Origin: Hyalangium minutum | Lineage (GTDB): Bacteria > Myxococcota > Myxococcia > Myxococcales > Myxococcaceae | Direction: 5' to 3' | Length of the DNA: 64,000 nucleotides | Assembly (NCBI RefSeq): GCF_000737315.1 | Contig: NZ_JMCB01000030.1 | Coordinates: 14,558 to 78,557, forward strand | Shown: in pieces, positions 9,001-18,250 of the stretch | Layout of the letters: the number at the start of each line of letters is the position of its first letter | How positions within the stretch are numbered: the stretch's first letter is position 1 | The notes under the pieces: model-generated | Told to the model about the DNA's origin: nothing | Seen by the model: only the letters and a program-made list of their open reading frames with translations | Databases searched by the model: none | Translations under genes and position numbers: made by a program

Positions 9001-11665
9001 CGGTGGTGCCTGGCTGGGCGCGCGCATCACCCTGCAGCGCTGGTTCTTCGATCCCGTGGTCAACGTGGAGGGCACCCACCGCGGGCTCGGCAACATCTTC
9101 ACGCATGATCACTTCGGCCCCTCCACCCATCAGCAGGTGGGCCTCTACGCCACGGTGCTCACAGAGCCCCCAGACTCCACCTGGGTGCACAGCGAGACGG
9201 GAGTGGTCCTTGGGACGCGGAACGATGGAGGCCCCACGAGCTGGCAGGCCGCCATCCTCACAGGCGATCTGAACGGGGACGGCATCAACGACAGCTACCG
9301 CGAGTTCTTCTTGATGCCCGCGGACTTCCAGCATGCCTACGAGGAGGGCGTCTTCGTGGGAGCCGGCCCGGATGGCAGACCCTCTCCGGGGCTGGGCCCC
9401 ACCGCGACGACCTTCCGCAACGCGATCGCCCCTCCCCACCGGCAGCAGGTCAACCCCGTGTTCCCAGACCTGTATGTGAACGCGGCCATCTGTCCCGGCG
9501 GCGTGCCCCGGCCGTGCCCGCAGGCCATCTCGGCCGATGACCCCGGCATGTTCGTGGTCAACTACCGCAACGAGCCCGTCGCGCTGCGCGTCTACGATCC
9601 GAACAAGCGTGGGCCGGACGGGCAGCGGGGCACACAGGCCTCGGGGCTGGGAGGAGACCTGGCCTATGCGCTGCAGACGCGCACGGACCGCGCCATCCCC
9701 GAGCTCAACACGGCGCTCGGCGACACGCCCTATCCGGCGCTCACGAGGGATATCGGCGCGGGAGATCCCTTCACCCCGCTGGTGCGCTCCTTCGCAGGAG
9801 ACAGGGTGCGGGTGAAGATCCAGGCCGGCGCGCACGAGGAGGAGTTCAACGCGACCGTCCACGGCGTGAAGTGGCTGCAGGGAGGCTCCAGCTTTGGCGC
9901 CGCACCCAACTCCGGCTGGCGCAATGCCCAGGCCCTCGGCATCTCCGAGCAGTTCACCTTCGAGATACCCTCGCTGCCCTGGCTCGGCCGGCCCGGCGAG
10001 CGGGTGGACCTCGCCTACGACATGAACACCAGCCAGGACGGGTGGTGGACCGGCGTCTGGGGCCTGCTGCGCACATACAACTCCTCGCGGACGGACTTGT
10101 TCCGCCTGCCCAACAACCGCACGCCGGTGCGGCACGGCAACGCCGACGATTTCTACACCGACAACAGCGGCACCTGTCCGCACGCCGCGCCCGTGCGCAC
10201 CTATGATGTCACGGCGGTGCTGGCCAATACCGCGCTCGGCAATCCGCTGGGCGTCACGCTGGTACCCGGGGATGACTCGGCCACCCAGCATGTTGGAGCG
10301 CCGGTCAACCCCAGGGGCGGCACGCTCGTCTACAACCCCCGGCGTACCGCGCTGGACAACGGCAAGTCAGGCCCGCTCCATGATCCTACCGCCCTGCTCT
10401 ACGTGCGCACGGCGGACTTGGGTGCCAACGGCAAGCTCCGGCCCGGAGTTCCCATCGAGCCCCTGGTGCTGCGCGCGGCCGCGGGCGAGTGCCTGGAGAT
10501 CACCCTGCGCAACCGGCTGCCGGGGGATCTCAACCGCAACGGCTTCTTCGACGACAACCCCGACCTGGCCAACCTCACCAGCCTCATCGGCGTGGTGAAC
10601 CGCGACCGGCAGAACCCGCAGGGGGTGACCACCTTCAACAACAACCTCATCCGGGCATCGAGCTGGGTGGGGCTGCATCCCCAGCTCGTGGCGTACGATG
10701 TCACCACGGCGGATGGCACCAACGTCGGCATCAACCCGCAGCAGCTCGTGCCCCCCGGCGGCTCGAGGCTCTACCGCTGGTACGCGGGAGACATCCGCAA
10801 GAGAGCGCGCAACAACACCAGCAGCGTCCAGCTCGTCGTCACGCCCATCGAGTTCGGCGGCTCCAACCTGGTCCCCGCCGACAAGATCAAGCAGGGCCAG
10901 AAGTCGCTGGTGGGCGCGCTGGTCATCGAGCCCCTGGGCACGGCGTGGACCGAGGACGCGAACCGGCGCTCCGCGGCCAGTGTAGGCCCCGACACGAACC
11001 AGGATGGCCGGCCGGACAAAACCCTCTTCCGGGACTTCGCCGTGGTGCACCAGAAGCAGATGAGCCACCGCTACGCGGACGGCACGGCGGTGGAGAACGT
11101 GCAAGCCGAGGGGATCGTCGCCGAGGACAACCAGGACGCGGGGCAGATGGCCCTCAACTATGGCACCGAGCCGATGTGGTTCCGCTTCGGTCTGCGGCCG
11201 AACGCCCCGTTCGGCAACGTCCCTGGAGGCTACGGCGCCGTGCCCAACGCCTTCATGGCCTACAGCAACGGCCTGGTGGGGGGAGATCCCGTTACGCCCG
11301 TGTTCACCGTGAAGGCGGGCCGGCAGACGCGCCTGCGTCTGCTCGAACCCCACGGCTCGTTCCGAGGCACCACCTTCAAGTTGCACGGCCACCTGTGGCA
11401 GCGGGACCCGTATGTGTGTCCGGGCTCGGCGGACCTGGGGCTCCCGGGCAAGTGCACCCCCACCGAGGTCCCCTCGCGAGCGCTGGGCCTCAACCCCGTG
11501 GGCTTCTATGTGGGCGGACAGGAGAGCGTGCAGCCCTCGACCCACTTCGAGGTGTTCCTGCCGAGCGCCGGTGGCGCGAACGAGGTGTCCGGGGACTACC
11601 TGTTCCGGGACTACGGGAGCCTGGGCAACATCTCCGGCGAGTGGGGCCTGCTGCGCGTGGAGTGA
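6026..11665 (+). CDS. Giant secreted multicopper oxidase, MnxG-like
   Basis: Signal peptide; HVFHLHNH, FHCHFYPHFAQGM, HIHL, THDH copper motifs; 1879 aa. Confidence 0.85.
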   Translation: MKRTIPWIAGVLILLAVGAVVPMQEQEDSPVPDAPEPTHGTCARTLSANVVVLDQPLMFNRLGAQNVNGIVYALTRDVINMKTGRPLTQGGAPVPGEVILRPDKRPRPLVLRAAAGDCLRVRLTNLLTPVANPRDTPNIFNLLPFRIPIDDQVASRVAGFTVPGLQLVGSIASDSSFVGTNGNSLVRPGQTAVYTLLAPKEGTFLVTSDGATFGGEAGAGNSGNGMFAAINVEPPGANFYRSQVTEEELRLATTGTSPTGQPVINYEAVYPNKEPWLREGKSGLPILNMLWGKELVHTDIAAIIVGPKPDGSFPPNTYPLESVGKRNPSLPNRLEAFRENTALFHDEASAANAFQGFFLDPVFRFTLQGVRDAFMINYGSGGIGSEIIANRLSVGPMHDCLDCAYEEFFLSSFTVGDPAMLVDVPANLGLEALPPGATPPPGTTGPKATKAFYPDDPSNVFHSYTRDFVKMRNVHVGKEQHVFHLHNHQWLFNPNDDNSNYIDAQGIGPGSGYTYELVFGGAGNRNHTAGDAIFHCHFYPHFAQGMWALLRVHDTFEAGTKLAASGSGFHTAPFGLQDGTPAASSRALPDGEIVAGTPIPAVVPLPGRPMAPMPGKVEVVPNPNTTTASVFHPLSPGAPVPVGSNARVVQRAINPGYPFFIGGIENTVGQRPPTPPLDMLTEAEAAALQAGTNPLFAGRTDLVTGAGGFNGGLPRHTLEGVAAGGEALSVVSRLDFNKELVKARPVYLPEQGTDVEQTAMRFHATPSHPSTTLLRNGTPMAGTFASNGLPPSPSAPYFEPCRDDAGNPVRAGVPPRFFDGSGGLSTTGPVRFGIANPRVYKAANIQLDVVFNKVGYHFSQERILSLWEDVQPTLNKQRPPEPFVLRFNTFDCGKYLHTNLVPARYELDDYQVRTPTDVIGQHIHLPKWDLPSTDGAANGWNYEDGTLSPDAVRERITAINAFNSTPGVTPVPTLDGQLTLTALPHPFFGAGPGGAWLGARITLQRWFFDPVVNVEGTHRGLGNIFTHDHFGPSTHQQVGLYATVLTEPPDSTWVHSETGVVLGTRNDGGPTSWQAAILTGDLNGDGINDSYREFFLMPADFQHAYEEGVFVGAGPDGRPSPGLGPTATTFRNAIAPPHRQQVNPVFPDLYVNAAICPGGVPRPCPQAISADDPGMFVVNYRNEPVALRVYDPNKRGPDGQRGTQASGLGGDLAYALQTRTDRAIPELNTALGDTPYPALTRDIGAGDPFTPLVRSFAGDRVRVKIQAGAHEEEFNATVHGVKWLQGGSSFGAAPNSGWRNAQALGISEQFTFEIPSLPWLGRPGERVDLAYDMNTSQDGWWTGVWGLLRTYNSSRTDLFRLPNNRTPVRHGNADDFYTDNSGTCPHAAPVRTYDVTAVLANTALGNPLGVTLVPGDDSATQHVGAPVNPRGGTLVYNPRRTALDNGKSGPLHDPTALLYVRTADLGANGKLRPGVPIEPLVLRAAAGECLEITLRNRLPGDLNRNGFFDDNPDLANLTSLIGVVNRDRQNPQGVTTFNNNLIRASSWVGLHPQLVAYDVTTADGTNVGINPQQLVPPGGSRLYRWYAGDIRKRARNNTSSVQLVVTPIEFGGSNLVPADKIKQGQKSLVGALVIEPLGTAWTEDANRRSAASVGPDTNQDGRPDKTLFRDFAVVHQKQMSHRYADGTAVENVQAEGIVAEDNQDAGQMALNYGTEPMWFRFGLRPNAPFGNVPGGYGAVPNAFMAYSNGLVGGDPVTPVFTVKAGRQTRLRLLEPHGSFRGTTFKLHGHLWQRDPYVCPGSADLGLPGKCTPTEVPSRALGLNPVGFYVGGQESVQPSTHFEVFLPSAGGANEVSGDYLFRDYGSLGNISGEWGLLRVE

Positions 11666-11684
11666 GTCTTCCAGGAACCCCACC

Positions 11685-13709
11685 ATGAACTCTCGACCCT
11701 CCCCCTCGCCTTCGAAGCCTCTCGTGCGCGCCGCCGCGGGAGTGCTCGTCCTGTCCTGCCTGGCGCTCGCGGGCTACGTGGCCCTCTCCACGCCCCAGCC
11801 CGAGGCACCCACCCCAGCGCCCGTCGCGGAGCACAGCTCCGGGAGGCTCGAGAAGAACGGCGCGGTGGTGGAGCTCTCCGTCACCCACCCTGTGGCCCCG
11901 GGAGAAGCGCCTCCGCCGCTCATGGAGGGCGATACGGTGCAGGTCCGCTTCCGCCTGAGCGATGCCACCAGCCACGAGCCGCTGCGAGGCCTGTCCCCCT
12001 CGGCCTGGATGGACCTGGGGCAGGTGCTCGCGGGCAAGCCGCAAGAGCCGCAGGAGTGCAGGGAGCGCGTGGCGCTCTACCTCAAGGGGCTCCCCGGTAT
12101 CCGCCCGCTGGTGGACCTCAACAGCTACTACCTGCTGGTGATGAACCAGGACGCGAGCATCTCGGTCATCGATCCGCTGGTGGGAATGACGGGCAAGACG
12201 AGCCTGTATGCCACGGTGCTGCTGGACCGGCCCGGCGCCGACTGGGTCAAGAGCCGCGATGGGCGGAGGCTCTTCGTCTCGATGCCGCGCGCGGGCCAGG
12301 TGGCCGTGGTGGACACCGAGTCCTTCCGGCTCGTGGGGCGGGTGGAGGCAGGCCCGGAGCCCACGCGAGTGGCCCTGCAACCGGACGGGCGCTACCTCTG
12401 GGTGGGGGACGGCCCTCGCGCCGGAGCCAGAAGCGGCGTCACCGTCATCGCGCTCGAGTCCCTGAAGCCCGTGGCGCGGATTCCCACCGGGCGCGGCCAC
12501 CACGAGCTCGCCTTCAGCTCGGAGGATCGCTTCGCCTTCGTCAGCAACCGCGAGTCCGGGACGGTGTCCGTCATCGACATCGCGCAGCTGCGCACGGTGA
12601 AGGAGTTGCGAACGGGCCCCCTCCCCATCTCCTTGGCGTACTCCTCGCTCTCGCAAGCGCTGTACGTGGCGGACGCGAAGGAAGGGACCGTCATCGCCAT
12701 CGACGGGACGAGCCTGGAGGAGCGGGCCCGGCTCACGGTGCGGCCGGGCCTGGGGCCCCTGAGGGTGTCACCGGATGGGCGCTGGGCACTGGTGCTCAAC
12801 CCCACCGAGCGCACGGTGTACGTCATCGACTCCGCGAGCCACCGGCTGGTGCATACCCTCTCCGTGGACGGGCAGCCCTACCAGCTGAGCTTCACCCGGG
12901 GGTTCGCCTACGTGCGGCTGCTGGACTCCGAGCGCGTCCAGATGATCAACCTCTCCACCCTGGGCACGGAGTCCAAGCCCGCGGTGCAGAGCTTCGCGGC
13001 GGGGACCGTGGCGCCCCAGCTCGCGGGAGACCTGAGCCTGGCCGATTCGGTGACGCCAGCCTCCACGGAGGCCGCGGTGTTCGTGACCAGCCCGGCGGAG
13101 AACACCTCGTACTTCTACATGGAGGGGATGAACGCGCCCATGGGGAGCTTCGGCAACTATGGGCACGCGGCGCGAGCGGTGACCGTGGTGGACCGCAGCC
13201 TGAGGGAGCTGGAACCCGGGCTCTACGCCACGAGCCTCCGGTTGCCAGCGGCGGGCCGGTATGACGTGGCCTTCCTGCTGGACTCACCGAGGGTGCTGCA
13301 CTGCTTCAGCCTCGAGGTGAAGGAGAACCCCCAGATGAGGCAGGCGCTCGGGGGACTCGAGCTCGTGTACCGGGATCTGCCCACGCAGCTTGCGTTGGGA
13401 GAGACGCCCCGGCTGCGCTTCCAGGTTTTGGAGGCCGCGACCCGCGAACCTCTGGCGGGGCTGAGCGATGTGAAGGTACTGACCTACGCCGCTCCTGGAA
13501 GGCTGCGCACCGAGGTGCCCGCGGAGGAGGTGGAGGAGGGCCTCTATGAGGCGAGTCCCTCGCTGCCGAACCCGGGCGCCTACTACGTCTATGTCTCGGT
13601 GCCTTCCCGGCAGGTGAATTACGGCGGACTGCCCTACCGGACGCTCTGGGTGACAGACACGAAGCAGCGCCCATCCCCTCAAGAGGAAATCTCTCATGTC
13701 TCTCCATAA
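11685..13709 (+). CDS. YncE/YVTN (cytochrome d1-like) beta-propeller protein with C-terminal Ig-like domain
   Basis: ATG 11685 after MCO stop; repeated VAVVDT/VSVIDI blades; N-terminal TM segment. Confidence 0.8.
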   Translation: MNSRPSPSPSKPLVRAAAGVLVLSCLALAGYVALSTPQPEAPTPAPVAEHSSGRLEKNGAVVELSVTHPVAPGEAPPPLMEGDTVQVRFRLSDATSHEPLRGLSPSAWMDLGQVLAGKPQEPQECRERVALYLKGLPGIRPLVDLNSYYLLVMNQDASISVIDPLVGMTGKTSLYATVLLDRPGADWVKSRDGRRLFVSMPRAGQVAVVDTESFRLVGRVEAGPEPTRVALQPDGRYLWVGDGPRAGARSGVTVIALESLKPVARIPTGRGHHELAFSSEDRFAFVSNRESGTVSVIDIAQLRTVKELRTGPLPISLAYSSLSQALYVADAKEGTVIAIDGTSLEERARLTVRPGLGPLRVSPDGRWALVLNPTERTVYVIDSASHRLVHTLSVDGQPYQLSFTRGFAYVRLLDSERVQMINLSTLGTESKPAVQSFAAGTVAPQLAGDLSLADSVTPASTEAAVFVTSPAENTSYFYMEGMNAPMGSFGNYGHAARAVTVVDRSLRELEPGLYATSLRLPAAGRYDVAFLLDSPRVLHCFSLEVKENPQMRQALGGLELVYRDLPTQLALGETPRLRFQVLEAATREPLAGLSDVKVLTYAAPGRLRTEVPAEEVEEGLYEASPSLPNPGAYYVYVSVPSRQVNYGGLPYRTLWVTDTKQRPSPQEEISHVSP

Positions 13710-14778
13710 CCCTGGAGCGCAGGTGGCTGCGGTGCTCGCGGCCCTGCTGCTCGTCCTCCCCTCGCGCGTGTTCGCAGCGGACTCGGCGCAAGTGCGGCTC
13801 ATCGATGCGGAGCTCGTCGACTCGAACGGCGCACCGGCGCGGCTGAGCAGCCAAGTCATCGGGGACTCGATCGTCGTCATGGACTTCGTCTTCACGACCT
13901 GCACGACGATCTGCCCCGTGCTCTCGGCCATCTTCTCGCGCGTCCAGGGCAAGCTGGGCGAGCGGCTGGGCAAGGAGGTGCGGCTGGTCTCCATCAGCCT
14001 GGATCCGGCAAGGGACACGCCAGCACGGCTGAAGGCCTACTCCGCGAACCATCGGGCGAAGCCGGGCTGGACATGGCTCACCGGAACCCAGGAAGACGTC
14101 CGGCAGGTGCTCGAGGGACTGGGGGCCTACACCCCGGCGGTGACCCAACACACGCCCATGGTGCTCGTGGGGGATCCGCGCACGGGAAAGTGGGTGAGGC
14201 TCAACGGCTTCCCCAATGAGGATCAGATCCTTGCCCAGGTGGACGCCTTGGCCAAGGCGCGCCAGGAGGCCCCTGCTTCCGCGTCCGAGAAGAAGGCCCG
14301 GGAGTGGTTCACCGACACCCTCCTGGTCACCCAGGAAGGAAAGCAGGTCCGCTTCTACAGCGACATGCTGAAGGACCGCGTGGTCGTCATCTCCTTCCTG
14401 TTCACGCGCTGCACCACGGCGTGTCCGCTGCTGACCGCCCGGCTCAACCGCATCCGCGAGGAACTCGGCGAGCGCTTCGGCCAGGAGGTGTCCTTCATCA
14501 CCTTGAGCGTGGACTCCGAGTACGACACGCCCGAGCGGCTCATGGAGTTCGCGCGCCGGCACAAGGCCACGCATCCGGGCTGGACCTTTCTCACCGGCAA
14601 GAGGGAAGACGTGAACCAGGTGATCACCCGGCTCGGGCAGTACGTCGAGAACATCGAGGATCACTCCACGCTGCTCATCGCCGGCAACGAGAAGCAGAGA
14701 CATTGGATCAAGCTTCCGCCCCAGGCCTCCCCCACCGCGGTCGCGGAGCGCGTGCGGATGCTGGCGGAGGGCCCTTGA
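13696..14778 (+). CDS. Tandem double-SCO copper chaperone
   Basis: Two SCO domains with FTTCTTICP and FTRCTTACP (CxxxC), each with a later His (QHT, DHS). Confidence 0.85.
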   Translation: MSLHNPGAQVAAVLAALLLVLPSRVFAADSAQVRLIDAELVDSNGAPARLSSQVIGDSIVVMDFVFTTCTTICPVLSAIFSRVQGKLGERLGKEVRLVSISLDPARDTPARLKAYSANHRAKPGWTWLTGTQEDVRQVLEGLGAYTPAVTQHTPMVLVGDPRTGKWVRLNGFPNEDQILAQVDALAKARQEAPASASEKKAREWFTDTLLVTQEGKQVRFYSDMLKDRVVVISFLFTRCTTACPLLTARLNRIREELGERFGQEVSFITLSVDSEYDTPERLMEFARRHKATHPGWTFLTGKREDVNQVITRLGQYVENIEDHSTLLIAGNEKQRHWIKLPPQASPTAVAERVRMLAEGP

Positions 14779-16304
14779 GGCACGAGGCTCGGCGGTGGCC
14801 CTGGCTGTTCGCGCTGCTGCTCGGTGCCCTGCCTTGGACCACCGCTGTGGGCGCCCCTCCACTCACGGCCCGGGAGCAGGCGGGCCGGAGGCTCTACTTC
14901 CAGGGAGAGAGCGGCTCGGGCACGGAACTCACCGCGACCGTGGGAGCGGGCGTCCGGCTCCCGGGCTCGGCCCTCCCTTGCGCCAACTGCCACGGGCAGG
15001 ATGGCCGGGGCCGGGCCGAGGGCGGCGTGACACCGCCCCCCCTCATCTGGAGCGAGCTCACCAAACCTTACGGCCACCAGCACCCGGCGGGCCGGGGACA
15101 CCCGGTGCTCGATGAGAAGAGCGTAGCCCGGATCATCTCCGAAGGGATCGACACGGGTGGCAACCGGTTGGACCCGCTCATGCCGCGCTACGCGATGTCC
15201 TCGGAGGACATGACGAACCTGCTGGCATGGCTGAAGCGGCTGGAGGCCGAACAAGCGCCCGGAGTGACGGACTCGGCGCTGCGGCTGGGCGTGGTGTTGC
15301 CCACGCGGGGACAGTTCGGGGCGCTGGGGCAGGCCATGCGCGGCCTCCTGGAGGCCTACTTCGAGGAAATCAACGCCTCGGGAGGGATTCACGGCCGCAG
15401 GCTGGAGCTGGCCGTGGCGGAGTACGACAGCGATCCGAAGGCAGGGCTGGCCAGCCTGCGGAGCCTGCTCCAGCGGGAGCCCGTCTTCGCGTTGCTCTCC
15501 GGCTTTCTTCCAGGCGCGGAAGAGGAATGGGTGCGGCTGGCCGAGCAGGAGGCCCTGCCGCTCATCGGCCCTCTGACGCTGTCCGCTCGAAAGACGGGCA
15601 CGTCCCACGCTCACGTCTTCTTTCTGTTCTCGGATCCGGGAGAACAGGCGCGAGTCCTCGCGGACGATGCCGCCCAGCGGTTGCCCCTGGCCTCGCCAGA
15701 AGTCGCCATCCTCTACCCAGAGGACGAGGCCCTCGCCGAAGCCGCGCGAGCAGCCCAGGCCCGATTCCAGGCGCGAGGCTGGAGGCAGGTGGAGTTGCTG
15801 CAGTACACCCGCGACAGGTTCCCTGCGGCACTCTCCACGGCCCTGAGACGGAAGCCGCCGGAGCTGGTGCTGTTCCTGGGCGATGGCGCGGAGCTGAAGG
15901 CGCTTTTCGGGAAGGCGCGAACACTCGGCTGGGCCCCCTACCTGTTGCTGCCGGGGAGCCTGTCGGGCCAGGTGGTGGCGTCAGCCCCACCGTCCTTCCA
16001 GAACCGCATCTTCCTCACGGTCCACAGCTTGCCCGGGGATGAACAGCCCCTGGCCCGTGAAGCGTTTGCCCGGCTCTGCGCCCGCGTCCCTTCCTCGGAG
16101 CGATTCCGGATGGAACAAATCTCCGCCTACACGGCGGCAACGGTCCTCACGGAGGCGCTGCGGCGCTCGGGCAGACTGCTGAGCCGGAACAAGCTGATCG
16201 AGCAGTGGGAAGGGCTGTATGCCTTCAAGCCCAGGCTGGTGCCACCGTTGAGCTATGGCCCAACCCATGGGTGGGAACCGCGAGCGTCTCTATCGTCACA
16301 GTAG
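14775..16304 (+). CDS. Cytochrome c fused to a branched-chain-type periplasmic binding domain
   Basis: TTG start overlapping the SCO stop; CANCH heme motif; LRLGVVLP...GRRLELAVAEY; C-terminus may be frameshifted. Confidence 0.75.
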   Translation: MRHEARRWPWLFALLLGALPWTTAVGAPPLTAREQAGRRLYFQGESGSGTELTATVGAGVRLPGSALPCANCHGQDGRGRAEGGVTPPPLIWSELTKPYGHQHPAGRGHPVLDEKSVARIISEGIDTGGNRLDPLMPRYAMSSEDMTNLLAWLKRLEAEQAPGVTDSALRLGVVLPTRGQFGALGQAMRGLLEAYFEEINASGGIHGRRLELAVAEYDSDPKAGLASLRSLLQREPVFALLSGFLPGAEEEWVRLAEQEALPLIGPLTLSARKTGTSHAHVFFLFSDPGEQARVLADDAAQRLPLASPEVAILYPEDEALAEAARAAQARFQARGWRQVELLQYTRDRFPAALSTALRRKPPELVLFLGDGAELKALFGKARTLGWAPYLLLPGSLSGQVVASAPPSFQNRIFLTVHSLPGDEQPLAREAFARLCARVPSSERFRMEQISAYTAATVLTEALRRSGRLLSRNKLIEQWEGLYAFKPRLVPPLSYGPTHGWEPRASLSSQ

Positions 16305-16517
16305 ATGCGCCAACCCAGAGTCACCGGCCCCGTCACCGGCAGGGCGATGCTTGCCGAGGGAGGGGCACCCTGCCCCATCCCTCTCGCTGGGAGGGGCCCG
16401 GCGTCCCGGCTCGTGGACGCATCCCTGGCCTGGCATGTGCCGTTGGCGTGCCACATCGTCTCGTGAAGGCCACCGGCAGCCATGGCGTGGCCTTGCACCT
16501 CAGGAAGGGAGCGCGCG

Positions 16518-16694
16518 ATGCCTGTCTACGAGTTCTTCTGTCGCAAGTGCCAAGAGCCCTTTACCGAAATCATGAGCGTCAAGGAGCACGACCAGCGCAT
16601 GCCAGAGTGCCCGCACTGCCACGGCACGAAGGAGGTAGAGAAGCGCATCTCCGCTGTGCACGCAGTGACCACCAAGAAGTGGCTAACCTCCTGA
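16518..16694 (+). CDS. FmdB-family zinc ribbon protein
   Basis: MPVYEFFCRKC...CPHC; GGGAG upstream. Confidence 0.85.
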   Translation: MPVYEFFCRKCQEPFTEIMSVKEHDQRMPECPHCHGTKEVEKRISAVHAVTTKKWLTS

Positions 16695-16729
16695 GGCCCT
16701 GCCCGCTGGGCGGTAGGCGAGCACCTGGA

Positions 16730-17863
16730 ATGGACGGCCCTGGTCAGCTGGAGATGATCTCCCTCTTCCTGTGCGGCGACGTGATGACCGGGAGGGGCAT
16801 CGACCAGGTGCTCCCCCACCCCGTTCCTCCCCAGCTGCATGAGGAGTATGTGCGGGATGCCCGGGACTATGTCGCGCTGGCGGAGACGCGCAACGGCCCC
16901 ATTCGCGTGCCCATCGGCTTCGACACCCTCTGGGGAGACGCTCTCGCCGTGCTGGAGCAAGCCGCGCCGGATGTGCGGCTCATCAACCTGGAGACGAGCA
17001 TCACCACCAGCGAGGACTGGTGGCCAGACAAGGGCATCCACTACCGCATGCACCCGGCGAACGCCGCGTGCCTCACGGCGGCCCGCATCCACTGCTGCGC
17101 GCTGGCCAACAACCACGTACTGGACTGGGGCTACCGCGGGCTGCGCGAGACGCTGACCACCCTCCGGGACCTGGGCATCGCCACCGCAGGGCTGGGCGAG
17201 GATCTGGAGGTGGCGCGCAGGCCCGCGGTGCTGGAGGCAGGAGCCAAGGGCCGGGTCATCGTGTTCTCGTTCGGTGAGCGCGGCAGCGGCATTCCACCCG
17301 AATGGGCAGCGGCGGCGGACATGCCAGGCGTGGACTTCCTACCGGACTTATCCCCCGCCACGGCGCGGCGCATCGGCGAGCGGGTGGCTGCCGTCAAGCG
17401 CTCAAGGGACGTCGTCGTCGCCTCCATCCACTGGGGCGGCAACTGGGGCTATGAGGTGTCAGGCCAACAGCGGGCATTCGCCCACGCGCTCATCGAAGAA
17501 GCGGGGGTGGACCTCATCCATGGCCACTCCTCCCACCACCCTCGGGGCATCGAGGTCCACCAGGGCCGGCTCATCCTCTACGGCTGCGGGGACTTCCTGA
17601 ATGACTACGAGGGCATCGAGCGCTACAGGGACTTCCGGCATGACTTGGCCCTGATGTACCTGGCGTCGGTGGCCCCGGCGAACGGCCAGCTCGCCAGCCT
17701 GCGCATGATTCCCATGCGGCTGCGCCAGCTGAGGCCTCACCGGGCCTCGCGCCAGGACGCCGAGTGGCTGTGCGGCATCTTGGACCGTGAAAGCCGCCCG
17801 CTGGGGACTCGGGTGCGTCTGGAAGACGACGGCGCGCTCGTGCTCCGCGCGGAGCACGGGTGA
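16730..17863 (+). CDS. CapA-family (poly-gamma-glutamate synthesis) metallophosphoesterase-like protein
   Basis: LCGDVMTGRG, INLETSIT, LANNHVLDWG, SIHWG, IHGHSSHH. Confidence 0.85.
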   Translation: MDGPGQLEMISLFLCGDVMTGRGIDQVLPHPVPPQLHEEYVRDARDYVALAETRNGPIRVPIGFDTLWGDALAVLEQAAPDVRLINLETSITTSEDWWPDKGIHYRMHPANAACLTAARIHCCALANNHVLDWGYRGLRETLTTLRDLGIATAGLGEDLEVARRPAVLEAGAKGRVIVFSFGERGSGIPPEWAAAADMPGVDFLPDLSPATARRIGERVAAVKRSRDVVVASIHWGGNWGYEVSGQQRAFAHALIEEAGVDLIHGHSSHHPRGIEVHQGRLILYGCGDFLNDYEGIERYRDFRHDLALMYLASVAPANGQLASLRMIPMRLRQLRPHRASRQDAEWLCGILDRESRPLGTRVRLEDDGALVLRAEHG

Positions 17864-17876
17864 ACCCGCAAAAACA

Positions 17877-17921
17877 AAAGCCCTGGAGCTTCTGCGGATG
17901 TCCGCGAAACCCCAGGGCTTT
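17877..17921. terminator. Hairpin between CapA gene and tRNA-Pro 3' end (bidirectional terminator-like)
   Basis: AAAGCCCTGG...CCAGGGCTTT with inner GCGGA/TCCGC arms. Confidence 0.6.
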
Positions 17922-17925
17922 CGAA

Positions 17926-18002
17926 TGGTCGGGGAGACAGGATTTGAACCTGCGACCCCTTGGTCCCGAACCAAGTGCTCTACCAGGCTGAGCCACTCCC
18001 CG
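17926..18002 (-). tRNA. tRNA-Pro(CGG)
   Basis: CGGGGAG...CTTGG-TTCGGGA-CCAAG...GGTTCAAATCC...CTCCCCGACCA, 77-nt cloverleaf with encoded CCA. Confidence 0.97.
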
Positions 18003-18057
18003 ATATGTCTGCCCCTTCGCCGGTATACGCCTCGGGACCGGAACGAAGGTGGCGGCG

Positions 18058-18086
18058 GATGTACCCGACCCGCCCGGCTGAGTCAA
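18058..18086 (-). promoter_or_regulatory. Sigma70-type promoter of tRNA-Pro
   Basis: TTGACT-17 nt-TACATC followed by a GC-rich discriminator. Confidence 0.5.
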
Positions 18087-18250
18087 CGACTCAGGATCAC
18101 CTTTTCATCCCCCTCTCAACGCTTGAGAAATTGGGGTCTAGGCTGACTCATGAGGCGTTGTTACCCCGCCCCCTCTGCCTCCAACCCCTTGGTGTTACTG
18201 GGGCGCCCCTCGTCACCCGGTGGGAACGCGGTTTGCTTCGAACTTCTCGC

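Noticed and set aside
6110-11686. Long minus-strand ORFs within the multicopper oxidase
   Set aside because: Shadow frames
16205-16729. N-terminal 175 aa of the 552-aa ORF as part of CapA
   Set aside because: Overlaps the zinc-ribbon gene and the previous gene's tail; the CapA domain starts near 16730
17960-18250. N-terminal extension of the response regulator
   Set aside because: Crosses the tRNA and its promoter; receiver starts at 18251/18257
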